28,425 bases of DNA from an uncultured Anaerolineaceae bacterium. GTDB lineage: Bacteria; Chloroflexota; Anaerolineae; Anaerolineales; Villigracilaceae. The stretch is from positions 1-28,425 of the forward strand of contig CAYMQX010000001.1 in assembly GCA_964392495.1 (NCBI GenBank), in the 5' to 3' direction. Of this stretch, positions 1 to 9,244 are shown piece after piece. Under the pieces are notes generated by a model. That model made no database searches. It had not been told where the DNA came from and was given only the letters and a program-made list of their open reading frames with translations. A program made the position numbers and the translations under genes. Position 1 is the stretch's first letter, and each line of letters begins with the position of its first letter.

Positions 1-390
1 GCGATCTCACCCGATGCCAGCGTGCTCGAGGCTCTTAAGTTGATGGCTGAGCACAACAGCGGCGCCTTATTGGTCCTTCGGGACGAAGAGGTGGAGGGGA
101 TCGTCTCCGAGCGGGACTGTGTGCGAAAGGTGGAACTGACGGGCCGTACCTCGGCAGGCACAACCGTCCAGGAGATCATGACGAGCAAGGTCGTTTATAT
201 AGAGGCCAGCCAGCCCCTCGAGGAGTGCATGGCCTTGATGCTTGAAAAGAGCATCCGGCATCTGCCGGTCTACGATAACAAGCAGCTCATGGGCCTGGTA
301 TCAATCCGGGATGTGCTGAACGAAGTGGTGGATGTCCAGAAGTTCATGATCTCGCAGCTGGAGCATTACATCACAGGGGGAGGGCGCTGA
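1..390 (+). CDS. CBS-pair domain protein, 5' end probably outside the window
   Basis: Frame 1 is open from base 1 (AISPDASVLEALKLMAEHNSGALLV...). It has two CBS repeats (GIVSERD; IRHLPV...GLVSIRD) and no other domain. Stop TGA at 388-390. Confidence 0.85.
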   Translation, partial: AISPDASVLEALKLMAEHNSGALLVLRDEEVEGIVSERDCVRKVELTGRTSAGTTVQEIMTSKVVYIEASQPLEECMALMLEKSIRHLPVYDNKQLMGLVSIRDVLNEVVDVQKFMISQLEHYITGGGR

Positions 391-415
391 GCCTTTTCTC
401 CTGCCTTCAAGCGAG

Positions 416-1921
416 GTGTATGTGCAGGAATTGAGCATCTCCAGGATCCAATCCAGGATGCGGTCCGGCGGGTTGACGGCGCGTCAACTCGCCGAATTTT
501 TTCTGGAGCGCATCGAAACCCTGGACCGGAATGGCCCAAGGGTCAACTCGATCATCGAAATCAACCCCGATGTTTACAAGCTGGCAGACATGCTTGACGA
601 GGAACGGAAGTCGGGCCGGGAACGCGGGCTGCTTCATGGGGTCCCGATCCTGCTTAAGGATAATATCGATACCGCCGATCGGATGCAGACAACCGCAGGG
701 TCATTGGCATTGGAGGGGAATTTCGCGAGTTACGATGCGGGATTGGTGGAAAAGCTGCGCGCAGCAGGGGCGCTGATCCTGGGGAAAACCAATTTGAGCG
801 AGTGGGCGAATTTTCGCGGCCTCCGCTCTACGAGCGGGTGGTCAAGCCGGGGGGGGCTGACGCGAAATCCTCATGTGCTGGATAGAACGGCATGCGGTTC
901 TTCCTCCGGATCGGGGGCCGCGGTGGCGGCCGATTTTTGCACAGCGGCAGTAGGAACGGAGACCGATGGATCCATCATCTGTCCGGCTCAAACGAACGGG
1001 ATCGTGGGAATCAAGCCGACCCTGGGGCTGATCAGCCGGAGCGGGATCATCCCGATCGCGCACAGCCAGGATACGGCAGGGCCGATGGCCCGAACGGTGG
1101 CCGATGCAGCCATACTCTTGGGCGTGATGGCTGGTCCGGATCCGCGCGACCCGGCGACCAGGTCGCGTGCCCGGCATGGAAGCACTGATTTCACTTCATT
1201 CCTGGACGCGGAGGCGCTCAGGGGCGCGCGGTTGGGAGTTGCGCGATCACTTTTCGGTACCGATCCGCGCGTGCTTGCACTCATGGATTCATGCCTGGAA
1301 GTCATGAAAAAAGCAGGAGCGCGGTTGGTGGATGTTGAGCTAAAATCCAGCGACCTCTTTGGAAAATCGGAACTGGAAGTGCTGCTCCATGAATTCAAGG
1401 CGGATCTGAACGATTATCTGAAGCGAAGTTCGCAGGAGCGGGTTCGTTCGATGGCGGATGTGATCCGGTTCAATGAGGAGAACCAGGGGCGCGTGCTTCA
1501 GTATTTTGGGCAGGAGCGGATGGAGGAAGCCCAGGCCAGAGGACCTCTGACGAGCAAAAAATACCGGAATGCCCTGGCGAAGAATCGCAGGCTGGCCAGG
1601 GAAGAGGGAATCGATGCGGTAATGAAGCAGCACAGGCTGAAAGCCATCGTACTGCCCTCGGGAGGGCCTGCATGGTTAATCGACCTGGTCAATGGAGACG
1701 GCGGACGGACTTGGGATATGGACAGCACTTCCTACCCGGCAGTGGCTGGAACCCCGCATATTACGGTGCCGGCGGGTCGAGTAGCCGGCCTGCCTGTGGG
1801 GCTTTCCTTTATCGGTCGCGCCTGGCAGGATGGGGTACTGATCGGGCTGGCTTATGCTTTCGAGCAATTGACCAGGGCGCGGAAGGCGCCGGAGTTCCTG
1901 CCGACCGTTCCGCTTAAGTGA
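416..1921 (+). CDS. Amidase-signature family amidase
   Basis: 501 aa with LLKDNIDT (catalytic Lys), GKTNLSEWAN, GSSSGSGAAV and GTETDGSI, i.e. the Ser-cisSer-Lys triad motifs. GTG start preceded by GAGG. Confidence 0.93.
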   Translation: MYVQELSISRIQSRMRSGGLTARQLAEFFLERIETLDRNGPRVNSIIEINPDVYKLADMLDEERKSGRERGLLHGVPILLKDNIDTADRMQTTAGSLALEGNFASYDAGLVEKLRAAGALILGKTNLSEWANFRGLRSTSGWSSRGGLTRNPHVLDRTACGSSSGSGAAVAADFCTAAVGTETDGSIICPAQTNGIVGIKPTLGLISRSGIIPIAHSQDTAGPMARTVADAAILLGVMAGPDPRDPATRSRARHGSTDFTSFLDAEALRGARLGVARSLFGTDPRVLALMDSCLEVMKKAGARLVDVELKSSDLFGKSELEVLLHEFKADLNDYLKRSSQERVRSMADVIRFNEENQGRVLQYFGQERMEEAQARGPLTSKKYRNALAKNRRLAREEGIDAVMKQHRLKAIVLPSGGPAWLIDLVNGDGGRTWDMDSTSYPAVAGTPHITVPAGRVAGLPVGLSFIGRAWQDGVLIGLAYAFEQLTRARKAPEFLPTVPLK

Positions 1922-1950
1922 TCCCTGATGCATGCAGTTCTTCAATAGAA

Positions 1951-1978
1951 AAAACTCCCGCCAAAAGACGGGAGTTTT
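1951..1978. terminator. Bidirectional intrinsic terminator
   Basis: Perfect inverted repeat aaaactcccg (1951-1960) / cgggagtttt (1969-1978) with an 8-nt loop. It has A/T tracts on both sides and lies between convergent genes. Confidence 0.85.
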
Positions 1979-2016
1979 ACGATCAAGGCTTTTCTGAGAA
2001 GCACCCCGGAAGCTTG

Positions 2017-3417
2017 TCAGGGTTGGCTGGTCAGGGCGGCTTCCGTGGCCAATGATTCAAAGCTTGGAATGGTCGGCACCACGGATTTCCAAAGGTCGAA
2101 GGTCTCCACCTTATAGGTATCGCGAAGTGAGGTGAGGAAATCATTGAAGACCTTGTCGGTGGCGGACTTATAGGCAGAGGCATCCAGAGGCCGCTCTTCG
2201 CGGGCAATCACCTGGATCACATGCCAGCCAAAATCGCTTTTCACCGGCTGGCTGATCTCACCGACCTTGAGAGAGAAGGCGGCCTCCTCAAAGGGGGCCA
2301 CCATGGCTCCCCTGCCGAACCAGCCCAGGTCGCCGCCCTGGGCGGCGGTGCCGGTATCCTGCGAGCGCTTTGCTGCAATCTCACCAAAATCCTCCCCATG
2401 CTTCAGGGATTCGATGATGTTCAGGGCCTCGACTTCATCGGCCACCAGGATGTGCCGTGCGCGGACCTGCTCCTCGACCCGGGGAACATCCTTCGTGACC
2501 TGGTCATAAAGCTTCTGGCGGAGCAAATCGGTGCGGAAGAGCTCGCGATATTGGGCTTCGGTCAGCCCATATTTTGCGAAGTGCTTCAATTTGTCGGCAT
2601 ACTGCTGCTGAAACCCTTCCAGGGTATAAGCGGTGGCCGTAGGTGAAGGCGTGGGGCTTCCACTCAGTGTGGGTGTGGGCGGGAAGGTGGCCGTTGCGGT
2701 GGCAGTCGGCTCCAGGGTCGCCGTTGGGGTGGCGGTGGAGGCCGGAGGGGTCCCGCTGAGATCCTGCACGGAAGCTGTGGTGGATGGAACCGGGGAGGCT
2801 GCCGCAGTGGAGGTGGGTGTTGAGGATGGTACGGCTGTGAATTCCGAGGTGGCCGTGATGTACTTCAGGATGTCAGGGGAATCCGTTGGCAGGGTAACAG
2901 GCGTGGGGGTGATGGTGGGAGTGGGAGTGCCATTCGGAAAATAGTTCTCGGCGGATTGAATGGCATCCTCGACCTCTTGATCGCTTACGGTAATCCCGCG
3001 CTTGGCGCTTTCCTGGCGGATTAATTCCTCGTTGACCATGGCGTCAATGACGCTCTGACCGAGGGCCTGGGCGTTGTCCAATTGGCTTTGGATCTGCTGA
3101 AGTTGGGTGCTTACATCGATGCCATACTGCTGGTAGATGTAATATTGTTGGTAAGTATTTAACAATCCTTCACGTTGGACCTTGGCGCGGGTCTGGAATT
3201 CCGCGGAGGTGATTTCCACGTTCCCGACCCTGGCAACCGGTTTCTGAAGCTGGAAGTAATTAACGTCCAACCAGCCATAAACCAGTAAACCCGCCGAAAC
3301 AACGAGGATTCCGACAAAGCTGATAAGGATCAGGCGGGTCTGGCGGCGTTCGCGTTCGAGGCGGGCGAGGTGCTTGCGGGTATGGACTACAGGTTTTGGA
3401 GCCCTGTTGTCGGCCAT
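2017..3417 (-). CDS. Membrane-anchored PrsA/SurA-like foldase (SurA N-domain plus PpiC/parvulin PPIase) with Thr/Pro-rich insert
   Basis: Basic N-terminus, then one TM helix (LILISFVGILVVSAGLLVYGWL) and VARVGNVEIT. Parvulin motifs are VRARHILV, FGEIAAKRSQD, GGDLGWF, FEEAAFSL and GWHVIQV. SD AGGAG at 3425-3429. Confidence 0.9.
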   Translation of the reverse strand: MADNRAPKPVVHTRKHLARLERERRQTRLILISFVGILVVSAGLLVYGWLDVNYFQLQKPVARVGNVEITSAEFQTRAKVQREGLLNTYQQYYIYQQYGIDVSTQLQQIQSQLDNAQALGQSVIDAMVNEELIRQESAKRGITVSDQEVEDAIQSAENYFPNGTPTPTITPTPVTLPTDSPDILKYITATSEFTAVPSSTPTSTAAASPVPSTTASVQDLSGTPPASTATPTATLEPTATATATFPPTPTLSGSPTPSPTATAYTLEGFQQQYADKLKHFAKYGLTEAQYRELFRTDLLRQKLYDQVTKDVPRVEEQVRARHILVADEVEALNIIESLKHGEDFGEIAAKRSQDTGTAAQGGDLGWFGRGAMVAPFEEAAFSLKVGEISQPVKSDFGWHVIQVIAREERPLDASAYKSATDKVFNDFLTSLRDTYKVETFDLWKSVVPTIPSFESLATEAALTSQP

Positions 3418-3505
3418 ATTCGTTCTCCTACTGCTTCCTGTATGCGATCAAATGGGGGCAGGCGCGCAAAAACAATGCGGACTGCCCCGGTTGGCAAGCG
3501 GCGGG

Positions 3506-3784
3506 TCAGCCGCGCGTATCGTCCCAGAAACGACCGGTATAAGGAAGCAGCGCGATATGGCGGGCTTTCCTTATGGCGGCAGCCACCACACGCTGGTGAC
3601 GGGCGCAGGCGCCGGTCTGGCGCCGCGGGCGGATCTTGCCCTCGTCCGTGATATAGCGCTTCAGCAGATCAACCTTTTTATAGTCGATCAGTAACTGTTT
3701 GTCTGCACAGAATTGGCAGGTTTTGGGTTTTGCAAAGAAACGGCGTTCGCCGCCTTCGCCCCCCATGGTTTGTTCTTCAGCCAT
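3506..3784 (-). CDS. rpsR: 30S ribosomal protein bS18, zinc-binding (C+) type
   Basis: CQFC...[33 protein letters not shown]...ARHIALLPY, in canonical rpsF-ssb-rpsR order. Confidence 0.98.
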   Translation of the reverse strand: MAEEQTMGGEGGERRFFAKPKTCQFCADKQLLIDYKKVDLLKRYITDEGKIRPRRQTGACARHQRVVAAAIRKARHIALLPYTGRFWDDTRG

Positions 3785-3821
3785 GTTTTACTCCAACTTA
3801 CCTTGTCCGTCCTGCCGGAGG

Positions 3822-4238
3822 CTAGAACGGGAATTCATCTTCGGAAGCCGCCGAATCCTCGGCGGGGGCGGCCTCGCCATCCTGCCCGTGACTGGCGACG
3901 TCCCGACGGTCGCCCAACATCATCATCTCGTTGGCAACGATCTCGACGCTGGTGTGTTTCGAGCCTTCCTTGTCATCCCAGCGTCGGGTCTGAAGGCGAC
4001 CCTCGATAAAGACCTGCTGGCCTTTGACGAGATACTGCTTGCAGATCTCAGCGAGGTTTCCCCAGGCAACGATATTGAACCATTCCGTCTCGCTGTGGCG
4101 TTCGCCGTCCGCACTGTTCCATGACCGGCTGACAGCCACAGTGAAGGTGGTTACCGGGCGACCGGAGGGGGTGTAGCGCATTTCGGGGTCGCGCCCCAGA
4201 TGGCCAATGATCATGACTTTATTAAGGCCTCGGCTCAT
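3822..4238 (-). CDS. ssb: Single-stranded DNA-binding protein
   Basis: OB fold (LNKVMIIGHLGRDPEMRYT...EGRLQTRRW) with acidic C-terminal tip SEDEFPF. Confidence 0.98.
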   Translation of the reverse strand: MSRGLNKVMIIGHLGRDPEMRYTPSGRPVTTFTVAVSRSWNSADGERHSETEWFNIVAWGNLAEICKQYLVKGQQVFIEGRLQTRRWDDKEGSKHTSVEIVANEMMMLGDRRDVASHGQDGEAAPAEDSAASEDEFPF

Positions 4239-4282
4239 CTCAATCTCCTTGTACTCAACCGGGCAGATCTATCTCCGAAACA

Positions 4283-4567
4283 TTACCCAACGAGCGTCAG
4301 CATATGGCGGATAACCGTTTCCTGGAACCGGATATTGCGCTCGAGTTCAGCGGTGGATGCAGGGTTGAGCGAGAGGTTCAGCAGAACGTACTGGCCCTCA
4401 CGCTGCTTGCGGATGGGGAATGCCAGCCTGCGACGGCCCCAAACATCCACCTTGTCCACGCTTCCACCGGTCTCGGATACCCAGCCTTTGACGCGGTCGA
4501 GAACGCCATTAAAGGCGGTTTCGTCCAGATCGGGCTGGACAATGCAAACCAATTCGTAGTTGCGCAT
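4283..4567 (-). CDS. rpsF: 30S ribosomal protein bS6
   Basis: MRNYELVCIVQPDL...WGRRRLAFPIRKQREGQY...IRHML. Start moved to the ATG at 4567, which has SD AGGAGG, rather than the ORF-track start at 4597. Confidence 0.97.
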   Translation of the reverse strand: MRNYELVCIVQPDLDETAFNGVLDRVKGWVSETGGSVDKVDVWGRRRLAFPIRKQREGQYVLLNLSLNPASTAELERNIRFQETVIRHMLTLVG

Positions 4568-4634
4568 GGGAATGCCTCCTTTCCATGGGATTGCCACCGT
4601 TCAAGCCGAGGGCGAGCCGGCAGCGGAAAGGCAC
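4568..4634 (-). promoter_or_regulatory. S6:S18-binding ribosomal protein leader (cis-regulatory RNA)
   Basis: On the mRNA strand, CCUUUCC (4631-4625) pairs with GGAAAGG (4584-4578, overlapping the SD). An inner stem GCUGCCG/CGGUGGC (4624-4618 / 4599-4593) follows, with an unpaired CCC (4589-4587) between the stems. This is the known architecture of the S6:S18 leader. Confidence 0.8.
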
Positions 4635-4667
4635 GTTAAGGATACGTACCTGGGTCGAACGGGCGTG

Positions 4668-4695
4668 ATTTTACCACAGAACCCGGGAAATGCAG
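4668..4695 (-). promoter_or_regulatory. Putative sigma70-type promoter of the rpsF operon (extended -10)
   Basis: Minus strand TG-G-TAAAAT (4676-4668), with a weak -35 CTGCAT (4695-4690) at 16 bp spacing. It lies just upstream of the leader RNA. Confidence 0.55.
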
Positions 4696-4696
4696 T

Positions 4697-5758
4697 TCAT
4701 ACCACATGGATCGGGTTGCTGAAGATCCAGCCCCGGCGGGCTCCCAGGTAGTTCCGATAGGCTTCGATGCGGTAGACGCCGGGTGCGGTGGTAATGTGCG
4801 TGAGGGCCTGCTGGCTCTTCCATGCTTTCAGCACTGCGCCGTCCTTTATAAGGCGGAGTTCGGCAGCGCGCGGCAGGACGGCCTGCAGGGTAACACCTCC
4901 ACTGGCAGAGACTTCGCCGCCCATGATCACATTCCGTTCCCGGCCCTGGGCAGTGAAACGAAAGCCGCGCGTGGGGGCGGGGAGGTCATAGCCCACAAAG
5001 CAATTCCCGGCGGAAAGTGCCTCGTACACCATTTGCCTGTCGGTTTTGAACTCGCCCGTGAAGGACCGAGGCAGGATTACATGCGTGTTGATCGTTCTAA
5101 AGTGGAATTCGTAGGGAAAAATGATACGGCGGATGGGCCCTAAATGCCTGTGAAGGGCGTGTGCATCCGAACCGCCGATTGCCACAATGCGGCGCCCCTC
5201 ATTGAGCAAGTCGTCCCATTTATCGAGGGTGGCGACTTCAGGCCCATGTGCGATAAATTGGGGGAAAAAGGCGTGAAACATGGCGTGAAATCGGGTCGGG
5301 ATGACGGTTTTTAGCTCACTAAGCCCATTCCAGAGCTCGAGGCCGGTAAAATTCCGGACCGACCAATCCTCCCAAGTGATGGCGGTCTCATGGAACAGCG
5401 GGGCTTCGGTCTCATGAGGATGGGCCAGAAAACTCAGGCCGCCGGCCTCGCAGACAGAATCGATCAGTCTCTGAGGATCATCTGCAAGGGTAGCCAGTTC
5501 GCGCTGTGCGCCGAACACCAGCAAATGGTTCTTCTGAGGATCCCGGTCCTGGTCGTGGATCTCCTCACCGATCAGCATCAAGAGCCGGCGGTTTTTTTCC
5601 CGGTAATAGCCTTCCAGACCATCAACCAGCACATTGTGGTCGGTGACAATGAGGGCGTCGAGACCGGCGCGGATTCCGGCACGGGCGATATCCCTGTGGC
5701 TTCCGGAACCGTCTGAGTAGCGCGTGTGCATGTGAAGGTTCAGTATGATTTCGTGCAT
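4697..5758 (-). CDS. PHP-domain metallohydrolase (CehA/McbA-like)
   Basis: PHP metal ligands: LHMHTRYSDG, VTDHN, GEE, AHP and GGSDAH. The probable start is MHEIIL at 5758, because the ORF-track extension to 5833 overlaps the secG promoter and start. Confidence 0.85.
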   Translation of the reverse strand: MHEIILNLHMHTRYSDGSGSHRDIARAGIRAGLDALIVTDHNVLVDGLEGYYREKNRRLLMLIGEEIHDQDRDPQKNHLLVFGAQRELATLADDPQRLIDSVCEAGGLSFLAHPHETEAPLFHETAITWEDWSVRNFTGLELWNGLSELKTVIPTRFHAMFHAFFPQFIAHGPEVATLDKWDDLLNEGRRIVAIGGSDAHALHRHLGPIRRIIFPYEFHFRTINTHVILPRSFTGEFKTDRQMVYEALSAGNCFVGYDLPAPTRGFRFTAQGRERNVIMGGEVSASGGVTLQAVLPRAAELRLIKDGAVLKAWKSQQALTHITTAPGVYRIEAYRNYLGARRGWIFSNPIHVV

Positions 5759-5767
5759 AATGGTGAA

Positions 5768-5797
5768 TTGACGATTTCCCTTTGGAACAGGTATAAT
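5768..5797 (+). promoter_or_regulatory. sigma70-type promoter for secG
   Basis: TTGACG (5768-5773), 18 bp spacer, TATAAT (5792-5797). SD AGGAGG precedes the ATG at 5827. Confidence 0.75.
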
Positions 5798-5826
5798 GTG
5801 CCCGCTATTTTCTAGGAGGCACACGC

Positions 5827-6051
5827 ATGACAAACTTTCTGAATATCGCGCTGATTATAATCTCGGTCGGACTGATCATCAGCGTCATCCTGCAGAGTAA
5901 GGGAGCCGGACTGGGCAACCTGACAGGAGCCGACATGGGAGGGGTTTTCACGGCCCGGCGCGGTATCGAGCGCGTCCTGTTTTGGGTTACCATTGCGCTG
6001 AGCGTGGTATTCTTCGCATTGGTGCTGTTTGTAATCGTATTCGCAATCTGA
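5827..6051 (+). CDS. secG: Preprotein translocase subunit SecG
   Basis: 74 aa with two hydrophobic segments flanking LQSKGAGLG...GG....RRGIERVLFWVT. Strong SD. Confidence 0.95.
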   Translation: MTNFLNIALIIISVGLIISVILQSKGAGLGNLTGADMGGVFTARRGIERVLFWVTIALSVVFFALVLFVIVFAI

Positions 6052-6067
6052 ACCGGAAACTCCGCGC

Positions 6068-6135
6068 GAAAGGCCGCCGCTCGCCTGCCCGTATGGATCG
6101 TCGCGGGCCGGTACGACATGCGGCCTTTCTTTTTT
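6068..6135 (+). terminator. Terminator-like long hairpin between secG and the SBP gene
   Basis: gaaaggccgc (6068-6077) pairs with gcggcctttc (6120-6129), followed by six T (6130-6135). It encloses 42 nt that can form inner stems, so it is not a compact canonical terminator. Confidence 0.45.
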
Positions 6136-6145
6136 GTCTCTCCAC

Positions 6146-7837
6146 ATGAAAAGACTTCGCTGGCAGATACTGGTTATACTCATTACGCTGATCATTGTTG
6201 CCGTCCTGCTGGTAGGACAGCAGCCGGTCGGCAACCTCCCCCTGCTTCCACAGCCTACGAGCGGCGGTGTCTACACTGAAGCCCTGGTGGGATCCATGGG
6301 ACGGCTGAACCCACTGCTGGATTGGAACAACCCAGCCGACCGGGATATCAACCGCCTTATCTTCAGCGGTCTGATCAAGTTCGATTCCCATGGGCTGCCA
6401 CAGCCTGACCTGGCGGAATCGTGGGGCACCTCAGCGGACGGCACGATCTATAATTTCACGCTGCGGCCAAATGCCCTCTGGCAGGATGGTGAGCCGGTCA
6501 CGAGCGATGATATTGTATTCACGATCAACTTGATCATGAGCAGCGGATCACTGTTCCCGCAGGATATCAAGGACCTGTGGTCTGAGATCGAAATCAAGCA
6601 GCTGGATGAGAAGAATCTGAAATTCACACTCCCGGAGCCCTATGCTCCTTTTCTGGATTATGTGACCTTTGGGGTGCTGCCGAAACACCTGTTGGAGTCG
6701 ATCACCCCCGAGCAGCTTTCCAGCGCGGAGTTCAACCTAAAACCGATCGGCACGGGACCGTACAAGTTTGACCACCTGATCGTGGAAGACGGTCAGATCC
6801 GCGGCGTTGTACTTACCCTGAATGAACAGTATTATCTCAACAAACCCTTCATTCCCCAGGTCGTTTTCAGGTATTATGCGGATTCAGCGGGCGCCTTGGA
6901 TGCCTATGAACAGGGGGAGGTCCTTGGGGTCAGTCAAATCGGGAACAAGGTGTTGGAGAAGGCGTTGGCCGATCCTACCCTTTCGATCTATACCAGCCGC
7001 CTGCCGCAGCTAAGCATGGTATTCCTGAATCTCAAGAATCCCGCCACGCCATTCCTGCAGGATGCGAAGGTGCGCCGGGCTCTCATGATGGGTCTGAATC
7101 GCAAGGCCATCGTGGCGAATTTCCTGGGTGGCCAGGCGATCATTGCAGATGGCCCCATCCTGCCGGGTTCCTGGGCTTACTACGATGGGATCGAGCATAT
7201 CGAGTACGATCCCGAGGCGGCGGCCAATCTGCTTAAGACCGAGGGGTATGTGCTTCCGGCTTCGGGCGGCGATGTACGCGAAAAGGAGGGCCAACCACTG
7301 GCTCTCACGCTGGTCCATCCCGATGACGAACTGCATACCCAGATCGCCGAAATGATTCAAAACAATTGGGGGCAGATCGGTGTGCGGGTTGATCTGCAGC
7401 CTGCAAGCTATGAGATGTTGGTCCGGGACTATCTTGCACCGCGCAGTTATCAAACGGCTCTGGTGGACCTGACCATGGCGCGAACGCCCGATCCCGATCC
7501 TTATCCCTTCTGGCATCAGGCCGAAGCCACAGGTGGCCAGAACTACTCACAGTGGGATGACCGTACGGCCAGCGAATACCTGGAGACTGCGCGGACCTCG
7601 ACTGATTTTACCGACCGCACGCGCTTATATCGGAATTTCCAGGTCATCTTCTCCAAAGAACTGCCGTCATTGCCGCTCTATTATCCGGTTTATTCTTATG
7701 GGGTGGATTCACAGGTGCAGGGTGTCCAGGTGGCACCGTTGTATGATACCAGCGACCGCCTGGCATTCATTCAGGAATGGTATCTGATTACGCGGAGAAC
7801 GCTGGAAGAAACCCCTGCCGCCACAGTCGCACCATAG
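6146..7837 (+). CDS. Peptide/nickel ABC transporter substrate-binding protein (family 5, OppA/DppA-like)
   Basis: LNPLL...LIFSGLIKFD..G...PDLAESW, YNFTLRPNALWQDGEPVTSDDIVFT, PIGTGPYKF and VRRAL. N-terminal basic plus hydrophobic anchor with no lipobox Cys. ATG at 6146 preferred over TTG at 6134. Confidence 0.92.
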   Translation: MKRLRWQILVILITLIIVAVLLVGQQPVGNLPLLPQPTSGGVYTEALVGSMGRLNPLLDWNNPADRDINRLIFSGLIKFDSHGLPQPDLAESWGTSADGTIYNFTLRPNALWQDGEPVTSDDIVFTINLIMSSGSLFPQDIKDLWSEIEIKQLDEKNLKFTLPEPYAPFLDYVTFGVLPKHLLESITPEQLSSAEFNLKPIGTGPYKFDHLIVEDGQIRGVVLTLNEQYYLNKPFIPQVVFRYYADSAGALDAYEQGEVLGVSQIGNKVLEKALADPTLSIYTSRLPQLSMVFLNLKNPATPFLQDAKVRRALMMGLNRKAIVANFLGGQAIIADGPILPGSWAYYDGIEHIEYDPEAAANLLKTEGYVLPASGGDVREKEGQPLALTLVHPDDELHTQIAEMIQNNWGQIGVRVDLQPASYEMLVRDYLAPRSYQTALVDLTMARTPDPDPYPFWHQAEATGGQNYSQWDDRTASEYLETARTSTDFTDRTRLYRNFQVIFSKELPSLPLYYPVYSYGVDSQVQGVQVAPLYDTSDRLAFIQEWYLITRRTLEETPAATVAP

Positions 7838-7849
7838 AAAAGAGGAATA

Positions 7850-9217
7850 ATGTCACATTTGAATGAGGCGCTCGCATATGGCCGTCAGAACAACGCAAGG
7901 TTCCGGCAGGATTTGGAAGAACTGGTGACCATCCCTTCGATTTCCACGAGCCCGGAATACAAATCCGAGGTCAGGAGGGCAGCGGAGTGGCTTGCTGCCC
8001 GGCTCAATTTGATGGGCATGGAAAATGTGCAGATACTCCCGACCGGGGGGCATCCGGTGGTATATGCCGAGCTTTTGAAGGCGGGAGCTGACAGGCCTAC
8101 GGTACTGGTGTATGGGCACTATGATGTTCAGCCGGTGGACCCGATCGAACTATGGAGTGGTGCCCCCTTCGAACCCCGGCAGGACGGTGATCTGCTCTTT
8201 GGCCGGGGCACCTCGGATATGAAAGGCCAGGTCATTGCATCGTTATCGGCGGTCGAATCCATCCTCAAGACGGGCGAATTTCCGGTGAACCTGAAGTGGT
8301 TGATCGAGGGCGAGGAGGAGATCGGTTCAGAGCACCTCGATGCATTCATCCAGGCTCATAAGGAATTGTTGAGTTGTGATGTTTGTCTGAATCCAGATGC
8401 CGGGATGATCGCGGCTGACCTGCCAACGATCACCTACGGACTGCGAGGCTTGATGTACGCGGAGGTCCGTGTGTACGGACCGGATCGCGACCTGCATTCG
8501 GGGCTGTTCGGCGGCACTGTCCATAACCCTGCCCAGGCATTGATTGAACTGGTGGCCGGAATGCACGACAAGGATGGCCGCGTCACCCTGCCCGGCTTCT
8601 ACGACAAGGTGCGTGCCATCAGTCCGGAGGAGCACGAGGATTTTGGGCGGCTGCCGGTTACAGCCGGGACATTCCTGGAACTGACCAAGGTGCCTGCCTT
8701 GTGGGGGGAGCCCGAGTACCTGCCTTCCGAGCGTACGGGCGCACGTCCCACGTTGGAGGTGAACGGGTTTCTTTCAGGGTTCACGGGAGCAGGGAGCAAG
8801 ACGGTGCTGCCTGCCCATGCCATGGCAAAAATCTCCTGCCGGCTCGTGCCGGACCAGACACCGGAGGAGACCTTTCAGCAGTTGGTCAAGTATATGGAGA
8901 TGAATGCCCCCAAGACGATTCGATGGGAGGTGCTCAGTCTGCACAATGCAGGCGCTGCGATCACCGATCGCAACAATCCGGGCGTGAAGGCCATGGCCTC
9001 GGCGCTCGAGACCGTTTGGGGATCAAAGCCGTTGTTCCGGCGGGAAGGCGGTTCGATCGGTGTGGTGGTCCAACTGCAGCAGCGCATCGGTGCGGAATCC
9101 ATATTGACGGGCTTTGGGCTCCCTGAAGATAATGTCCACTCGCCCAATGAGCGCCTGCACTTGCCAACATGGCGCAAGGGTATCGAGGCGTTGATCCATT
9201 TCTTTTTTAACTTTTAG
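7850..9217 (+). CDS. M20 family dipeptidase
   Basis: YGHYDVQP, GRGTSDMKG, EGEEEIGS and NVHSPNE metal-binding motifs. SD AGAGGA. Confidence 0.93.
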   Translation: MSHLNEALAYGRQNNARFRQDLEELVTIPSISTSPEYKSEVRRAAEWLAARLNLMGMENVQILPTGGHPVVYAELLKAGADRPTVLVYGHYDVQPVDPIELWSGAPFEPRQDGDLLFGRGTSDMKGQVIASLSAVESILKTGEFPVNLKWLIEGEEEIGSEHLDAFIQAHKELLSCDVCLNPDAGMIAADLPTITYGLRGLMYAEVRVYGPDRDLHSGLFGGTVHNPAQALIELVAGMHDKDGRVTLPGFYDKVRAISPEEHEDFGRLPVTAGTFLELTKVPALWGEPEYLPSERTGARPTLEVNGFLSGFTGAGSKTVLPAHAMAKISCRLVPDQTPEETFQQLVKYMEMNAPKTIRWEVLSLHNAGAAITDRNNPGVKAMASALETVWGSKPLFRREGGSIGVVVQLQQRIGAESILTGFGLPEDNVHSPNERLHLPTWRKGIEALIHFFFNF

Positions 9218-9244
9218 CACGGACGTTTGCTGGCTGGAGAGCAG

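Noticed and set aside
2629-2928. GGT/GGC-rich quasi-repeats as a DNA repeat array
   Set aside because: They are explained by Thr/Pro/Ala codons of the PPIase linker, with no fixed-length repeat unit.
6052-6145. tRNA gene after secG, as found in many bacteria
   Set aside because: I could not find a cloverleaf, a T-loop GTTC motif or an acceptor stem.
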